From positions 1 to 24,018 of the forward strand of contig JBGCFM010000133.1 of NCBI GenBank assembly GCA_045106895.1: DNA of 24,018 nucleotides, written 5' to 3'. This document shows, in pieces, positions 7,952 to 16,383 of the stretch (position 1 is its first letter; each line of letters begins with the position of its first letter). This stretch comes from Polyangiales bacterium (GTDB lineage Bacteria; Myxococcota_A; Polyangia; Polyangiales; Houyiibacteriaceae). The notes beneath the pieces are model-generated. The model worked only from the letters and a program-made list of their open reading frames with translations, was not told the origin of the DNA and searched no databases. Made by a program: the position numbers and the translations under genes.

Positions 7952-9477
7952 GGGCTGTCATCAGCCTCGTCTTGGCCCTCGGAGTCACGGCGCCGATCTC
8001 CGCCTCCGCCCAGTTCAGCTATCGCCCAGCCGGGGAGCTCCAGGCACCGGACGGTCGACCCTCGCGCCCAGGCGCCGGCCGAGTCGACTCACGCGTCTAC
8101 GCGCCCGGCATGCGCTTCCCCATGCAAGAAGGCGATGCCTACGCGAACTCCCAAATCTACGGACCCGGTGGCTACATGGGTCCAGGAGGCGGGCAGTGCG
8201 CCGCGTCCAACTACTCCTATCCTTGGTATGACAACTACTGCGAGTCCCGCTCCTGGGATATGCCGCTCTGTCCTTCTGGCAACGGCCACCAAGGCCAAGA
8301 TATCCGTCCGGCGACCTGTGACGACAACACACATTGGATCGTCGCCGGCGCCGATGGCGTGATCACCAACGACGACCGCGACGGTGGCTACGCGGTCTAC
8401 CTGATGGGCGACGACGGCACGCGCTACGACTATCTCCACATGAGGTCTTCGACGGTCTCCGTCGGTCAAAGGGTCGCGCGTGGGGATCGCCTCGGGCGAG
8501 CCTCGAACCGTTTCGGCGGCACATCCACGACGATCCATCTGCACTTCAACCTGCGCCAGAACGTCAGCGGAGTTGGAACGACCTACGCGCCGACGTACAT
8601 GTCGCTGGTTTCTTCCTTCGAAGAGCTAAGCGGTCCACCGGACTACCGTGCGTCGTTTGTCCGTCAGTCGTTTCCACTCTCTTCGCAGCCGTTCATGCTT
8701 GCGCCGGGCGAAGTTGTGGAAGGCACCATCGAGTTTCGAAACGATGGCGCTGAGACCTGGAATCCAGGGGAGGTGTTCCTGGGAACGTCAGAACCTCGTG
8801 ATGGTCCATCGCTCATCGCGGCGTCCGATTGGGTGAGCCCCATCCGCGCCGCCAGCGTCGAGGCGAGCACGCCTCCCGGAGCCGTCGGCGTTTTCCGTTT
8901 CAGCGTGGAGGCCCCGACGGAACCCGGTGACTACCCGCAGTTCTTTGGAATCCTTCGAGAGGGCGTCACCTGGTTCTCTGAGGACGGCGGACCCGCGGAC
9001 AATATCATCGAGGTGCGCGTTCAGAGTGTCGCCGGCCGTTGCTCCGAGAGCGATTGGGCGTGCGAAGGCGACATGCGCGTCCGGTGCGTCGACGGCACAT
9101 TCGAGCGGGAAACCTGCCCCGGGGTGTGCAGCGGTGGCGCGTGCACGACCGCCGTGGATGCGGACGGCGATGGGTTCCTTTCCGATGTCGACTGCGACGA
9201 TGACGACCCCGAGTCCTATCCTGGAGCCCGCGAGTTCTGCGACGATGGCATCGACCAGGACTGCAGCGGCGTCGACGCGACCTGCGGTCCGCCCATCGGA
9301 GGCGGTGACGCAGGTCCTGGGTTTGACGGCGGGCCAAACTACGACGCCGGCAGCCGCAGCGACCCGATGGCCGACGGCTGCGGGTGTCGAGCCGCCGGCG
9401 ACTCTTCGCTTCCCTTGCCGTGGGCAGCGCTCTTCGTCGGCGTCGTCTTCATGACGGTCCGCCGCCGACTCCGCTAA
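7948..9477 (+). CDS. Secreted M23-family metallopeptidase with Ig-like (NBR1/FW-like) domain, Cys/Asp-rich metal-binding motif and MYXO-CTERM anchor
   Basis: Signal peptide ending ASA. HQGQD (8287-8301), YLHM and HLH (8536-8544) M23 motifs. LAPGE..IEFRNDGAETW..F domain, then DADGDGF..DCDD..YPGAREFCDDGIDQDC. C-terminal GCGC, hydrophobic helix and RRRLR (9376-9477). Confidence 0.88.
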   Translation: MRAVISLVLALGVTAPISASAQFSYRPAGELQAPDGRPSRPGAGRVDSRVYAPGMRFPMQEGDAYANSQIYGPGGYMGPGGGQCAASNYSYPWYDNYCESRSWDMPLCPSGNGHQGQDIRPATCDDNTHWIVAGADGVITNDDRDGGYAVYLMGDDGTRYDYLHMRSSTVSVGQRVARGDRLGRASNRFGGTSTTIHLHFNLRQNVSGVGTTYAPTYMSLVSSFEELSGPPDYRASFVRQSFPLSSQPFMLAPGEVVEGTIEFRNDGAETWNPGEVFLGTSEPRDGPSLIAASDWVSPIRAASVEASTPPGAVGVFRFSVEAPTEPGDYPQFFGILREGVTWFSEDGGPADNIIEVRVQSVAGRCSESDWACEGDMRVRCVDGTFERETCPGVCSGGACTTAVDADGDGFLSDVDCDDDDPESYPGAREFCDDGIDQDCSGVDATCGPPIGGGDAGPGFDGGPNYDAGSRSDPMADGCGCRAAGDSSLPLPWAALFVGVVFMTVRRRLR

Positions 9478-9482
9478 AGCGT

Positions 9483-11549
9483 CTAGATAGAGATTCGCGC
9501 GAGTGGCTGCACGCTCACCTCGGGCGACAGCTCTTGAAATGACAAAACGGCGGCGTCTGGAAGCTCAACCTCGATGAGCCGCCGGAAGAAGCGGCGGATG
9601 TCGGCTTGCGTGAGGATGATGACGGGACCCTCCTCAGGGCGGCATTCGCCGCGCACAGCGCCGATGACGTCGCGAGCCATCGCCGGCGGGAGCGCAAGAA
9701 AGGACCCCGCCGCCGTCCGTTGAATCGAGTCGCGCACGGCCTCTTCGATCTCTGGGTCGAGGAGGTAGACAGCGAGGGAGCCTTCCTCGGAATGTGCGTG
9801 GGTAATCTGTCGCTTGAGGGCCGCGCGAGTCAGCTCCGTGAGCGCGACGGGATCGCGTTCGGTGTTCGCGTGGCTGGCGAGGGCTTCCAGTATTTCGCGG
9901 AGCGGACGAATCGACACGCCTTCGTCCACCAGGCGGCGGAGCACATCCGTGAGGAGTGAGAGCGACACGGGCTTTGGCACCACGTGCCTGACGAGGGCAG
10001 GGTAGGCGCGCTCGAGCTGGTCGAGCATCGACTGGACCTCCTGCAAGCCTACGAAGGGCGTCGCTTGCCGGCGAATCGTCGCGCCGAGGTGTCGCGCGAT
10101 GAAGGCCGCCGGGCCCAGACACGGGACGCCCAGCTCTTCGACGAGCTCCACGCTCTCGGCCGGGACCCATGCCCCGAGACCGCCGCGTGGATCTTCTGCG
10201 GACTCTGCATCCACGCCGTAGCCGACAAGGAAGTCGACGCGCTCCAATGCGAACACGCGGTCCTCCGGGATCACGCCGCTGGCGACGGGTACTTCTTGCA
10301 GCGCGATGACGTAGCTACCCGCAGGGTGCCCATCGATTGCCCGCGCGCGAACACCGGGCAGCGCCACGCCGAGGTCGAGAAAGAGCTCGTCGCGCAGCGG
10401 AGGCACGTCTTCTTCGAGAAAGGGGCCTTGGCCAGCTTCGTTCGCGACGAGTGTTGCGAGGTTCGGCGAGACCTCCACGGCGACGGGAACCATGAGCGGG
10501 ACCATCGCTTTGCGGGCTTTTGTCTCGCGCGCCGCTTCTTCTTTGGCGACGACGACGACGGCCTCCTCGGAGGACGGTTTGGTGACGAGGCGCCGGGCCG
10601 TCACGAAAAAGACAACGGCGAGAACCAGGAATGGGAGCGCGGGGAGCCCCGGCACGATGGCGAGGACAGTCAGAAAAACCGCCGCCACCGTGAGAGCGCG
10701 AGCGTTGCCAAAAATCTGCTGGGCGACATCGCCGCCGAGGGAAGAGTCTTCGTCTTCCGACGCAACACGCGTGACGACGAGACCCGCTGCCGTGGATATG
10801 AGCAGCGCGGGGATCTGAGACACCAGGCCGTCGCCGATGGTGAGGATGCCGTATTTTGCGAGGGCTTCGCCGGCGCTCATGTCGCGCATGGCGACACCGA
10901 TGGCGAGACCGCCGAGGATGTTGACGACGGTGATGACGATGCCCGCGATGGCGTCGCCCTTCACGAACTTCATGGCGCCGTCCATCGCGCCATAAAACTG
11001 ACTCTCGCGCTGTAGGTTCCCGCGCCTGCGCCTCGCCTCGTCCTGCGAGATGCCGCCGGCTCGGAGCTCCGCGTCGATGCTCATCTGTTTTCCAGGCATC
11101 GCATCGAGGGTGAAGCGCGCCCCCACTTCCGCGACGCGCTCGGAGCCCTTCGCGATGACCAGGAACTGGATCAGCGTGAGGATGGCGAAGATCACGGCGC
11201 CGACGACGAAATTGCCTTGAACAACAAAGTGTCCAAAGGCCTCCACGACGTCGCCGGCATCGGCCTGGAGTAGAATCAGACGCGTCGATGATACGTTGAG
11301 GGCGAGGCGATAGAGCGTTGTGATCAACAGCACCGTCGGGAACGACGTGAACTCGAGGCCGCTCTTTACGTACATGCCCGTCAGGAGCATGAGCACGGCG
11401 ATCCCAATGTTGGCGCTGATGAGGATATCCAGAAGCGCCGTCGGAAGCGGGACGATCATCATTCCGACGACGAGCAGGACAAGCGACGCAAGGGCGATGT
11501 CTGCGAAGCGTCGCGAGGTCGGTTTTAACGTCGGTGGGCTCGCCGCCAT
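9483..11549 (-). CDS. sctV: Type III secretion export gate protein, SctV/FlhA (FHIPEP) family
   Basis: FPTVLLITTLYRLALNVSSTRLIL, AKGSERVAEVGARFTLDAMPGKQMSIDAELRAG, FYGAMDGAMKFVKGDAIAG, LTIGDGLVSQIPALLIS, C-terminal LSFQEL. The family is certain; SctV rather than FlhA is a judgement call. Confidence 0.9.
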   Translation of the reverse strand: MAASPPTLKPTSRRFADIALASLVLLVVGMMIVPLPTALLDILISANIGIAVLMLLTGMYVKSGLEFTSFPTVLLITTLYRLALNVSSTRLILLQADAGDVVEAFGHFVVQGNFVVGAVIFAILTLIQFLVIAKGSERVAEVGARFTLDAMPGKQMSIDAELRAGGISQDEARRRRGNLQRESQFYGAMDGAMKFVKGDAIAGIVITVVNILGGLAIGVAMRDMSAGEALAKYGILTIGDGLVSQIPALLISTAAGLVVTRVASEDEDSSLGGDVAQQIFGNARALTVAAVFLTVLAIVPGLPALPFLVLAVVFFVTARRLVTKPSSEEAVVVVAKEEAARETKARKAMVPLMVPVAVEVSPNLATLVANEAGQGPFLEEDVPPLRDELFLDLGVALPGVRARAIDGHPAGSYVIALQEVPVASGVIPEDRVFALERVDFLVGYGVDAESAEDPRGGLGAWVPAESVELVEELGVPCLGPAAFIARHLGATIRRQATPFVGLQEVQSMLDQLERAYPALVRHVVPKPVSLSLLTDVLRRLVDEGVSIRPLREILEALASHANTERDPVALTELTRAALKRQITHAHSEEGSLAVYLLDPEIEEAVRDSIQRTAAGSFLALPPAMARDVIGAVRGECRPEEGPVIILTQADIRRFFRRLIEVELPDAAVLSFQELSPEVSVQPLARISI

Positions 11550-11640
11550 GGGCGCGATCTAACGCGCTTTTTGCTGTCTCGTCGAGTCTCAAGGCGTGAA
11601 TCTCTCTCCCGAAAATGCCAGACCCGGCGCTGGAAGACGC

Positions 11641-11649
11641 TGGTATAGT
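11641..11649 (+). promoter_or_regulatory. Extended -10 element upstream of the caspase gene
   Basis: TGgTATAGT ends 7 nt before ATG 11657, with no Shine-Dalgarno in between. Confidence 0.5.
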
Positions 11650-11656
11650 TCGCAGC

Positions 11657-14302
11657 ATGCGTTCCTGTCGCCTCCTCCTCGTCCTTCTCGTCGCATGCTC
11701 TTCCTGTGAGGAAGAAGGAGCCGAAGTCACGACGGATCCCGCTGCGGCCATCACATCGCTTCTGGATGTTGATGGCGCCCTCGCGGGCGGAGCCGGAGCG
11801 ACGACGGACTACGATGTTCAGGTCAACGCCGGCGACCACGTGACCGTGAGCGTGACTTCGACGGCGTTTGATCCCGTCGTCGCGGTTCAGCCGCCCGGTG
11901 GGTCGGTCATGTCGAACGACGACTGGCACGGCAGCCGCGAAGAGTCGCGCTTGAGCGCCACGGCGATCACCGCCGGGACTCTCAAGGTGACGGTGACCAG
12001 CTTCGACCCACAGGCCAGCGGCGCCTTCCATGTTTCGGTTCAGCGCGAAGGCGGCGGTACCGTCGCGGCGCCAACGGCCGCCACGGCGTCCGTCACCCTC
12101 GCTCCTGGTCAGACCATTGAGGGTCAGCTCGGCGCGACGGACCATGCCCTCGCGGACGGGCGCTTCTCGGACCACTACGTCGTCAACGGTGTCGCGGGCA
12201 CGTCCCTGGAGCTACGCATCGACGCGACGGGCGACGAGGTGCCGAACGCGCATTTGATGAGCCCCACCGGACACTCTCTCGCGCCGGCCGCAAACGGACG
12301 CTACGCCATCGTCGAGCCGGGCCCTCACCGACTTCAGCTCATCAGCGCGCAGCCTGCGCAAAACGCGGGCTACCGAATCGCCCTCACGCAGAGTCAGACT
12401 CAGGTGATTCCGACGCTCGCACGCTCCCACCATCAGCTCCCCACCTCCACAGGCGGCGCCGCGCTTCAGGTCGGCCAGAGCATCCGCGGACAGCTCTCTG
12501 CGGCGACCACTTTGCCCAGCGGCGAACCGGCCCTCGTGTACCAGCTCAGCGGAACGCAGGGTCAGCCCCTTCACCTCGAGATGAGCAGCTCCGTCGTCGA
12601 CAGCTACCTAATGGTCTTGAGCCCCAGCGGACAGCACTGGGAGAACGATGACCACAGCGGCACTACGGACGCTCGCCTCGACATCACCCTTCCAGAGACC
12701 GGCGTCTATCGCATTATCGCCACGGCGTATCGCGCCGATATGGTCGGAGAGTTTGAGCTCAAGAGTTCCGCCGTCCGCGCCGCCGAGACGAACGCCGCCG
12801 CGGCTGCTGGGGGAAGCGCTCCAGCCAATAGCGAAACGCGGGCTGGCTCGCTCGCTCAGGGAGACTCCACGATTCAGAGCGGCGAGTTCGCCGACGGCTT
12901 CCAGGTTGAGCTCGCCGCCGGTGAGCGCGTTCGCTTCGACGCTCGCTCGTCAGCGTTCGACACCTATCTCATCGTCCGGCCTCCTTCCGGTGATGCGACG
13001 GACAACGACGACGCCAACCCGCCGGACACCAACGCCGGTCTCGACTACGTCGCGGCCGTTGCAGGAACCTACAACGTGACCGTCACGAGCTACCAACCCG
13101 GCGAGACCGGCGCGTATGAGCTCGTCATCACCCGTGGCGCGGGCAACGTCGCCGCTCCTCCAGCAAACGGCGGCAACGCGGGGAACGCAAACGCAGGCAC
13201 CACGCCGGCAACCGGGGACATGGTCCAGGGAGCCCTCGCTGCAGGCGACGCCACGCTACAGTCGGGCGAGTTCCGAGACGCCTACACCCGCTCGTTTACG
13301 CCCGGAGCGCCGGTTCAGATTCGTTTGGACTCCACGGATTTTGACCCCTACCTCATCGTGACGTCACCGAATGGCGACCAGAGCGACAACGACGACTACC
13401 AAGGCTCCCGCAACGCGGGCATCGACATTCCGCGCGCCGAGGCCGGCGACTACCGTATCGTCGCGACCAGCTACGAGCCCGGCGAGACCGGCTCTTACTC
13501 ACTCCGCTTTGGCGCTGGAGCCGCCATCCCTCAGGCGGGTGGTGGGACGGCCGGCGGCGGCGGCGGCCAGGCTGCAAACGGCGCCGCGCGTGTCTTCGGC
13601 GTCTTCGCCGGCATCACAAACTACCCCGCGGGCATTGGCAACTTGCCCGAGTGCGCGAACGACGCCATCAAGCTGGCGGAAGCGCTCCGCAATCACGGGC
13701 TCTTGGATCCAAGTCGTCAGGTGTTGCTCACGGACTCCGAAGCGACACGTGCGAACGTCCTCGGCGCCATCCAGCGCTTCGGCGCCCAGATGGGCCCGAA
13801 CGATGTCTTTGTCTTCTTCTACTCGGGGCACGGAAACCAGCGACGAGGATCCACGGATCCACGCGAGATCGACGGAACGGACGAGTCCTTGGTGCTCTAC
13901 GACGGCGAGCTTGTCGACAACGAGATGGCCCAGGCGTTTGAAGCCATCAACAATGGCACGTCCGTTATCGCCCTCGACTCTTGCTACAGTGGCGGGTTCG
14001 CCAAGGACCTCATCACACGCCCCGGTCGCGTCGGTCTCTTCTCGTCCGAAGAAGACGTTCTCAGCGCCGTCGCCGGTCAGTTCCAGGCGGGCGGCTACCT
14101 CAGTCACTTCTTGCGAACCGCCGTCAGCGGCGAAGCGGACCGCTCACCCCAAGACCGTGTCTTGACCGTCGGCGAACTCACACACTTCCTCTACACGCAG
14201 TTCGGTCGCCATGCGACGGACGTCCAGCTTCAGGGGGCGTATCAGCACCTCGTCGTGGACCGCGGCGCCGTTCACGTCGACCAGGTTCTCTGGTCTTACT
14301 AG
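11657..14302 (+). CDS. Lipoprotein with about 5 PPC-like beta-sandwich repeats and a C-terminal caspase-family (peptidase C14) domain
   Basis: MRSCRLLLVLLVAC lipobox. Repeats of the form GxL..GD..SGEF.D.Y..S..FD.YL....P.G....NDD..G.Y.L. C14 domain with GITNY, CANDA, ATRANV, FYSGHG (His 13829-13831) and ALDSCYSGG (Cys 13982-13984). Confidence 0.9.
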   Translation: MRSCRLLLVLLVACSSCEEEGAEVTTDPAAAITSLLDVDGALAGGAGATTDYDVQVNAGDHVTVSVTSTAFDPVVAVQPPGGSVMSNDDWHGSREESRLSATAITAGTLKVTVTSFDPQASGAFHVSVQREGGGTVAAPTAATASVTLAPGQTIEGQLGATDHALADGRFSDHYVVNGVAGTSLELRIDATGDEVPNAHLMSPTGHSLAPAANGRYAIVEPGPHRLQLISAQPAQNAGYRIALTQSQTQVIPTLARSHHQLPTSTGGAALQVGQSIRGQLSAATTLPSGEPALVYQLSGTQGQPLHLEMSSSVVDSYLMVLSPSGQHWENDDHSGTTDARLDITLPETGVYRIIATAYRADMVGEFELKSSAVRAAETNAAAAAGGSAPANSETRAGSLAQGDSTIQSGEFADGFQVELAAGERVRFDARSSAFDTYLIVRPPSGDATDNDDANPPDTNAGLDYVAAVAGTYNVTVTSYQPGETGAYELVITRGAGNVAAPPANGGNAGNANAGTTPATGDMVQGALAAGDATLQSGEFRDAYTRSFTPGAPVQIRLDSTDFDPYLIVTSPNGDQSDNDDYQGSRNAGIDIPRAEAGDYRIVATSYEPGETGSYSLRFGAGAAIPQAGGGTAGGGGGQAANGAARVFGVFAGITNYPAGIGNLPECANDAIKLAEALRNHGLLDPSRQVLLTDSEATRANVLGAIQRFGAQMGPNDVFVFFYSGHGNQRRGSTDPREIDGTDESLVLYDGELVDNEMAQAFEAINNGTSVIALDSCYSGGFAKDLITRPGRVGLFSSEEDVLSAVAGQFQAGGYLSHFLRTAVSGEADRSPQDRVLTVGELTHFLYTQFGRHATDVQLQGAYQHLVVDRGAVHVDQVLWSY

Positions 14303-14337
14303 TTCGTCGTCGCGGTTCCGTGGCTCTGAATCGCGCA

Positions 14338-14925
14338 CTAAGCGTTCCGCGTGCAGGGAAGCGCGGCTGGTACCCAGTCTGAAACGATCCGCTCGACGGC
14401 GAGGGACTCCTGAAAGCTGAGTCCCGTCGCCAACATGCGAGCGCTTCCGTCGGCCAAGAGCACTTCGACGAGCCAGCCTCCTGCGCCATCAAGCCGCCGA
14501 TTGATAAGGCGTTCGGCGAGCGGTGTTCGCTCGCTTGTGCCACTCACTTCACAGACGCCATCCTTCACGTAGACGAGCTGCTCAGGGCGTTGTTTCTTCG
14601 TCGCTACAGCTTCGACGAACAAAGCGGAGAACGCGACGGGCGTGAGGGTAAGAAAGAAGCCAAGGAGCCTTCCTCCGACTTCGTACATATTCGAATAGAT
14701 GGCGAAGGAGGCGGCGCAAATGCCGATGGCGCATACGCACAAGAAGAGCCCCAGAGCGCGTTTCTTCACTTTCAACACTTGGCCCGATACGTCTTGGGCG
14801 TGAATACGAAGAGAGCCACTTGGAGCCCCGCGATAGTCCTCCGTGGCGTGGGTTTCGATGGTGGGCGGCAAGGCGAGTTTGCTCGCCGTCACAGGAACTC
14901 GGAGTAGGGGGGCAGTGGTCGACAT
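14338..14925 (-). CDS. Hypothetical membrane protein (2 TM)
   Basis: From ATG 14925 (MSTTAPLL). Two hydrophobic segments (ALGLFLCVCAIGICAASFAIY; LLGFFLTLTPVAFSALFV) and a soluble C-terminal region. Confidence 0.6.
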   Translation of the reverse strand: MSTTAPLLRVPVTASKLALPPTIETHATEDYRGAPSGSLRIHAQDVSGQVLKVKKRALGLFLCVCAIGICAASFAIYSNMYEVGGRLLGFFLTLTPVAFSALFVEAVATKKQRPEQLVYVKDGVCEVSGTSERTPLAERLINRRLDGAGGWLVEVLLADGSARMLATGLSFQESLAVERIVSDWVPAALPCTRNA

Positions 14926-14987
14926 GGGGCGCCGTCGACCTTTTCGTCGTGGAGTTGCGGCAGAATGTCGAGTTATCACGCTCGACC

Positions 14988-15665
14988 TCAGAACATGAGG
15001 AAGAGCGCGCACACGGCGAGTTCCAAGACCCCAGCGCCGGCGGCGACCATCACAGACTTCGAGACCCAGCGCGCTCGCCGCTTTCGCACGGCGCGGAGAG
15101 CCGCGCGACTCTGGGCGATCTCCAACACACGTCCGCAAAACTGCGGGCGAGTACGGAACGGACCGTCCGCCATTTGATTCTGCTCCTCGCCGCAAAAACG
15201 AAACGCGACGGGGTCGCCAGGTCGCATCTCGAAGGCCTCGTCGCACTCAAGGGCCCAGCAAGAATCCGCGTCGACGAATACGGAGCGGTGTCCACGCTGC
15301 CCGACGTACGTCGCCTCGACGATTTGCCTGGTCCAGTATGCCCAAAGGTGCGCTCCCATGGCGGCGCCGGCGAAGCCTAGGGCGGCGACGAGAATAAGGA
15401 CGCGCCCCAAAGGAAACGCAAGCGCGACGGGGAGGGCGAGCGTCGTGATTGTGAGGCTGACGACAAACGCGCTCCGCGCGAGCGACGGGCGGACGAGTCG
15501 TAGCCAGTCAATGCCGAAGCCCAAGACCAACAATGGGAGGACCAACGCAAGCGAGAGGCCCGCCATGCGAGGGGCGCGGCCCAATTCCCACTCCATATAC
15601 AGAGCGACGAAGAGCGCGAGGGCGGAGAGGATGATTGTGGCCCAGGGTCGCTGCGTTTTCTGCAT
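14988..15665 (-). CDS. Hypothetical membrane protein (about 5 TM)
   Basis: From ATG 15665 (MQKTQRPW). Four N-terminal hydrophobic helices, a soluble loop and a C-terminal hydrophobic helix. Confidence 0.65.
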   Translation of the reverse strand: MQKTQRPWATIILSALALFVALYMEWELGRAPRMAGLSLALVLPLLVLGFGIDWLRLVRPSLARSAFVVSLTITTLALPVALAFPLGRVLILVAALGFAGAAMGAHLWAYWTRQIVEATYVGQRGHRSVFVDADSCWALECDEAFEMRPGDPVAFRFCGEEQNQMADGPFRTRPQFCGRVLEIAQSRAALRAVRKRRARWVSKSVMVAAGAGVLELAVCALFLMF

Positions 15666-15779
15666 GGCGATAGGAACGCTCGCGTCGCGCTTTCCTTGGG
15701 TCGCCCGCACCTTTTCAAGTTGTCGAAGATTTCTCCAAGGATTTGAAGGGGCCGCGGGTCTTGGGAACAGGAGCAAGAC

Positions 15780-16319
15780 ATGACGCCCAGCGCAAAACGA
15801 AGCCTCAACATCATCGACGTGAAGTCCCCCTGCGACGAGCCTTGGAGCGAGATGGAAGTCGTCGAACCCGGAAAGCGGAACTGCGCGCTCTGTGCCCAGA
15901 ACGTCTACGATCTCTCCGAGATGACAAAGGATGAGGCGGAGGCGTTGGTCTTCGAAAGTACCGGCCGCGTGTGTGTTCGTTTCTTTCGCCGAAGGGATGG
16001 CACCGTTGTCACGAGCGATTGCTCCCCGGTGCGATTCCGACAGCTTCGTGATGCGGGCCGAAGCAGCCTTCGCTTTGCGGCCAAGGTCGTCGGCGCCGTG
16101 GTGACGATCCTAAGCGTCCTTGGCATTGCCCGCTTCGCCGGCTTCAGCCCCTTTGGTTGGATGAGCAGCCCAACGACGGGCGACATCGCAGTCCAAGGCG
16201 CCGTGCCCGAGCCTCTCATGGTCGATCCGATGCCCATCGAAGCGCCCACCGACGAGATGTCTCCGCACTCGACCCCCCCCGGAACAGAAACTCCCGCAAG
16301 CCACGCACCTTCCCGCTGA
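15780..16319 (+). CDS. Hypothetical membrane-anchored protein with a conserved-looking Cys-rich N-terminal domain
   Basis: AGGAG RBS. Pattern SPC...W..M.....R.C..C...VYDLS.M....A..L......CVRF.RR.DGTV.T.DC, then one TM helix and a Pro-rich tail. Confidence 0.75.
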   Translation: MTPSAKRSLNIIDVKSPCDEPWSEMEVVEPGKRNCALCAQNVYDLSEMTKDEAEALVFESTGRVCVRFFRRRDGTVVTSDCSPVRFRQLRDAGRSSLRFAAKVVGAVVTILSVLGIARFAGFSPFGWMSSPTTGDIAVQGAVPEPLMVDPMPIEAPTDEMSPHSTPPGTETPASHAPSR

Positions 16320-16383
16320 GGGTGGCATTCCGGATAACCGTCGCCAAAGGGAAGAGAGAGAGCTTCGTTTCGTATCAGGAGCG

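Noticed and set aside
9984..11754. Long alternative ORFs over sctV (9984-11015 plus, 10315-11754 minus)
   Set aside because: Typical high-GC shadow frames with no motifs.
3795..14302. Functional link between APIP-like MtnB (a caspase-pathway modulator in animals) and the caspase gene
   Set aside because: They are about 7 kb apart in separate transcription units and different predicted compartments. The mtnB-mtnD pairing explains MtnB metabolically.
11657..14302. Caspase as part of a gasdermin, CBASS or CRISPR-linked defence system
   Set aside because: No gasdermin, NLR/TPR, cyclase or Cas partner is recognisable nearby, and the protein has an export lipobox.
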